A stretch of DNA of 64,000 nt. It comes from Balamuthia mandrillaris. Taxonomy: Eukaryota. The stretch spans positions 248,001 to 312,000 of the forward strand of contig JAVKOQ020000026.1 in NCBI GenBank assembly GCA_031835245.2, in the 5' to 3' direction. Position 1 is the stretch's first letter. Every line of letters starts with the position of its first letter. Of the stretch, positions 61,069 through 64,000 are shown piece by piece. The translations under genes were made by a program, and so were the position numbers. Below the pieces are notes generated by a model. It saw only the letters and a list, made by a program, of their open reading frames with translations. It was not told where the DNA came from and searched no databases.

Positions 61069-63719
61069 ATGAGCAGTTCGGATTCCTCTATTTCGGATGA
61101 CCTGTTTAGCGACAGCGAGAGCGAGACGGAGGAGGACATAAAGAAGAGGGAAGAGTATGTGAAGACTTTGGAGAGGGAGGTTCAATTGTTGAAGAAATTG
61201 AAGTATCTTGAAAGAAAGAGAGAGGCGTTGGAAGATGATGCCTATGGCGATACGAAGGGCACCAGGGGAAGAACTTCAGGAGGAGATCATCACCAACGTC
61301 AAAGAAAATTGTCTCGCAATTCAAACAAAGAAGTTGTGCGCAGAGCTTCGGCACGGGACTTGAAATCCAATGTTCGACACGAAAAGAATACCCCTTCCTC
61401 AATGTCGGCTTCTTCTTCTTGCTCCGCAGTTCCTACCAAGCAACGTCCCTCTTCCATTTCTTACGGAACAGGCACAGAAAAAAGTAGCAACTCTTCTTCG
61501 TCTTCATCATCACCCTCTTCTGCCTCGAAAGCTCGACCTAGAAGAGAGAGACAACAGAGCAAATACAGAGGTAGCGGAAGGGATCCAAGTAACTCGATAA
61601 CGAAGGACGCAGCGAAGGAGGCAAATGGAGGCGAGAGGACGAACTCCGGGTCTTCCTATGCGGAATTGGCCCCTCTCAGCGAGCTCCTAGAAAGCGCCTC
61701 TTCCAAACAGATAGCAACGGAAGCCGTTGTGCTTCAAGTCAGAGACACCATTGAACATTCTTTACAGGTCCTTCCCTTATTCTAATTCTTCTTTTATTTT
61801 ATGTGGTTGTATTATTATTTGTTTTGTAACTTTGTTTTATCAGACGATGGCAGCCACCCACAAGATTGCACTTCCAGTGTTTGACAAAGGAACACTGTGC
61901 GGCATGTTGGAAATATATGATATCAGTATAATATTCTCTCTGCTCTTTTCCAATTTTGTTCTCAAACCCCTCTGTGTCTCTGCTCTCTTTATCTGAACTA
62001 TCCCTTTCTTACTCTCCAGTCGAGTTCGTTTTGGACTGGAAAGAAAAAGAATCTGTGGAGGCAAGTGGAAGCTCTAGATTGCTGGTAGCCTCTACGAAAG
62101 TAGATGACTTGTTGAGTTCGTCTCTCTGTGGCTCGCTTTTTCTTTCATATTGATTTTACTAACTTGTTGCTCTTGGACGCCTGCATTACTAATACTGTAA
62201 ACATAACAGAAGGAGCCTCCCGAAAACCGTTATGGTATCGCTCAGCAGTGTCACCGCAAGACTCTCTCCTGGTCGTTGCAAACAACTTTACTCGAGATCT
62301 TCAAGAAGTCCCAATTCTTCATCTCTCTTCACCTTCCTCCACAGACGAAAGAACATCCTCTACTCTAGAACTTGATTTGAAAGAGCAACAAGTGGTCTCC
62401 CAACCTTCTTTCCTATCTTTCTTGCTCAAACACAGCAACAGCAACGCGAAGTTGGAAACAGCTTTGAAAGAGAACATCGTGAACAGCGTTCGTTATCTTT
62501 CTTGCGGAGCTGTGGTTGCCACATCATCCACCCCTTTTACCAAAGTCTTTCGAGACATGGCAAGGAGCAAAGTGCCTGTTGTGGCAATCGTCAAAGAGGG
62601 AGAAGACAGCACTTTGGATGCCACTTTGGAGGTTCATGCGTTTGAAAGGCTGTTTATGAAAGAAAACGTTGAAAGGAACGAGCTTGCTTGGAATGCCTCT
62701 TTGACAGAGTTTTGTAACTTTACAAATGTATGTTCTTGAGCTTGTTCGTTTTCAGTTATGCAGTTAACGGGAAGATACTAACGACTTTTACAGAATACAC
62801 TGTTGGCACCATTGTCATGTCTTCCAACAACAAGTTTGAGCGAGGCGTTAAAGCTTATGATGAGCTCAAACAACAGCGGAGGACAGCACGGCATTTGGAT
62901 CGTGAACGAAAAACTCCAACCTAAAGAACTGCTTACTCTGAATGAAGTGTTGCAGTTTCTTCTTATCTCTGAAAAGAAAAGACTGGTACTCATCTTCTTC
63001 TTTTACGTGGTTAAAGCAATGAGAGCTACCAATTACTTGATGCACCAAACAGGAAGGAAGAAAGGCCGGAACAAGAAAAACCTTGGCCATGACATCACGA
63101 GCGTGCCGCAGGTCCACCGCTAAAGCCAATAAAGAACAAAACACACAGAAAGAAACGACCACCGGCAACAAAGAACCAAAACAAAGCAACGAAAGTGAGG
63201 ACAGCGATTTTAGTGACGGTGAAGCAAGAGTAGGAGGCAGCCACACAGCTTCTACTTCGTCCGTTCCCTCCTCTGTTTCTGCTGCGTCATCATCATCGTC
63301 ATCCTCCAGCTTGTCTGTAGAACAACGGAGATCCGCTCCGTCTGCTAAAGAAACGAGCGGATGGTTAAACAAACGAAGTCCCGCCTTTCACAAACAATGG
63401 CAACGACGATGGTTTGTGCTAAGAGATAACGAGATTAAATGGTTCAAAGATCCAAAGGTAACGCGAAGCAATCCGAACTTCCTTTCAGCTTCTAACCCTA
63501 AAGTTTCGTGAACAATAGGACGAAACTTCATGTGGTGACTTGGTGCTGGACGCCACGGTGAAGCTATACGAAACTAAAGACGTGAACGGGTTTGCTCTCA
63601 GGTGGGGCAAAAGGAAGTACACCCTCTCTGCCGAAACCGAAATGGAAAAGACAAGCTGGATGAACGCTCTCCGTCACGTCTTTGACAACATTCGCATTGG
63701 CCTCTACGATCACATCTGA
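61069..63719 (+). CDS. CBS-domain plus C-terminal PH-domain protein
   Basis: CBS-like LQTMAATHKIALPVFD..GMLEIYD; PH SGWLNKRSPAFHKQWQRRWFVL..YTLSAETEMEKTSWMNAL. Confidence 0.7.
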
Positions 63720-64000
63720 CTATGCCCATCATCATCTCTCTCCTCTCTCGCCAGTTGGCGTTTATGGTTTTTCAAAGAATGGTGTCGTTTCATGCCACCA
63801 AATGTAAAACCTAAAAATGAAGCAGTTTAACGCCTTTATTATAGGCCTTTCGCTATAAAAGGCAACTAAAAATAGTTTTAGGAAAGCGATGGGATATGGG
63901 ATATGCTTTAACCCTAACCAGTGTTTTGGTTATCGGCGTTTCGTTTGGGACAAAAACCGGGTTTCTCTCTGCTTGTTGAACCCCTTTTTCTTTTTCTCCT

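Noticed and set aside
63493..63502. CTAACCCTAA telomere-like 10-mer
   Set aside because: Lies in a short intron where CTAAC is the likely branch point
1..64000. CRISPR arrays, transposase/RT genes, rRNA, selenoprotein UGA recoding
   Set aside because: No spacer-separated repeats, mobile-element ORFs, rRNA motifs or in-frame UGA in conserved domains were seen

Overview
Gene-dense, intron-rich eukaryotic nuclear DNA. Introns are short GT-AG introns, often filled with (CT)n/(GTCTCT)n tracts, and the standard genetic code applies. Gene content and intron style suggest an amoebozoan (Balamuthia/Acanthamoeba-like); this is inference. About 26 protein-coding genes were reconstructed by eye. Recognisable ones: GH89 NAGLU, YUCCA-like FMO, FG-GAP protein, Shr3-like ER protein, RluB-type pseudouridine synthase, F-box/ankyrin protein, CNOT9, Rab1, parvulin PIN4, a divergent V-ATPase A, HDDC2, LLPH-like, RalGAP/RapGAP-LRR, SR-like RRM protein, G-alpha, LRR-BTB, UTP5 and CBS-PH. 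Two tRNA genes are present (Lys-CTT, Gln-TTG). Main highlights: (1) a RING-less Cbl-TKB protein with an N-terminal F-box, YAEP repeats and a villin headpiece; (2) an adjacent ~420-nt highly structured candidate ncRNA; (3) a tRNA-Gln with archaeal-like A1:U72/G37 features; (4) a V-ATPase A lacking the P-loop Cys; (5) an inverted-duplication hairpin locus; (6) a shared short C-terminal tail on intronless secreted proteins. Exon boundaries are manual and approximate; no database searches or folding programs were run.
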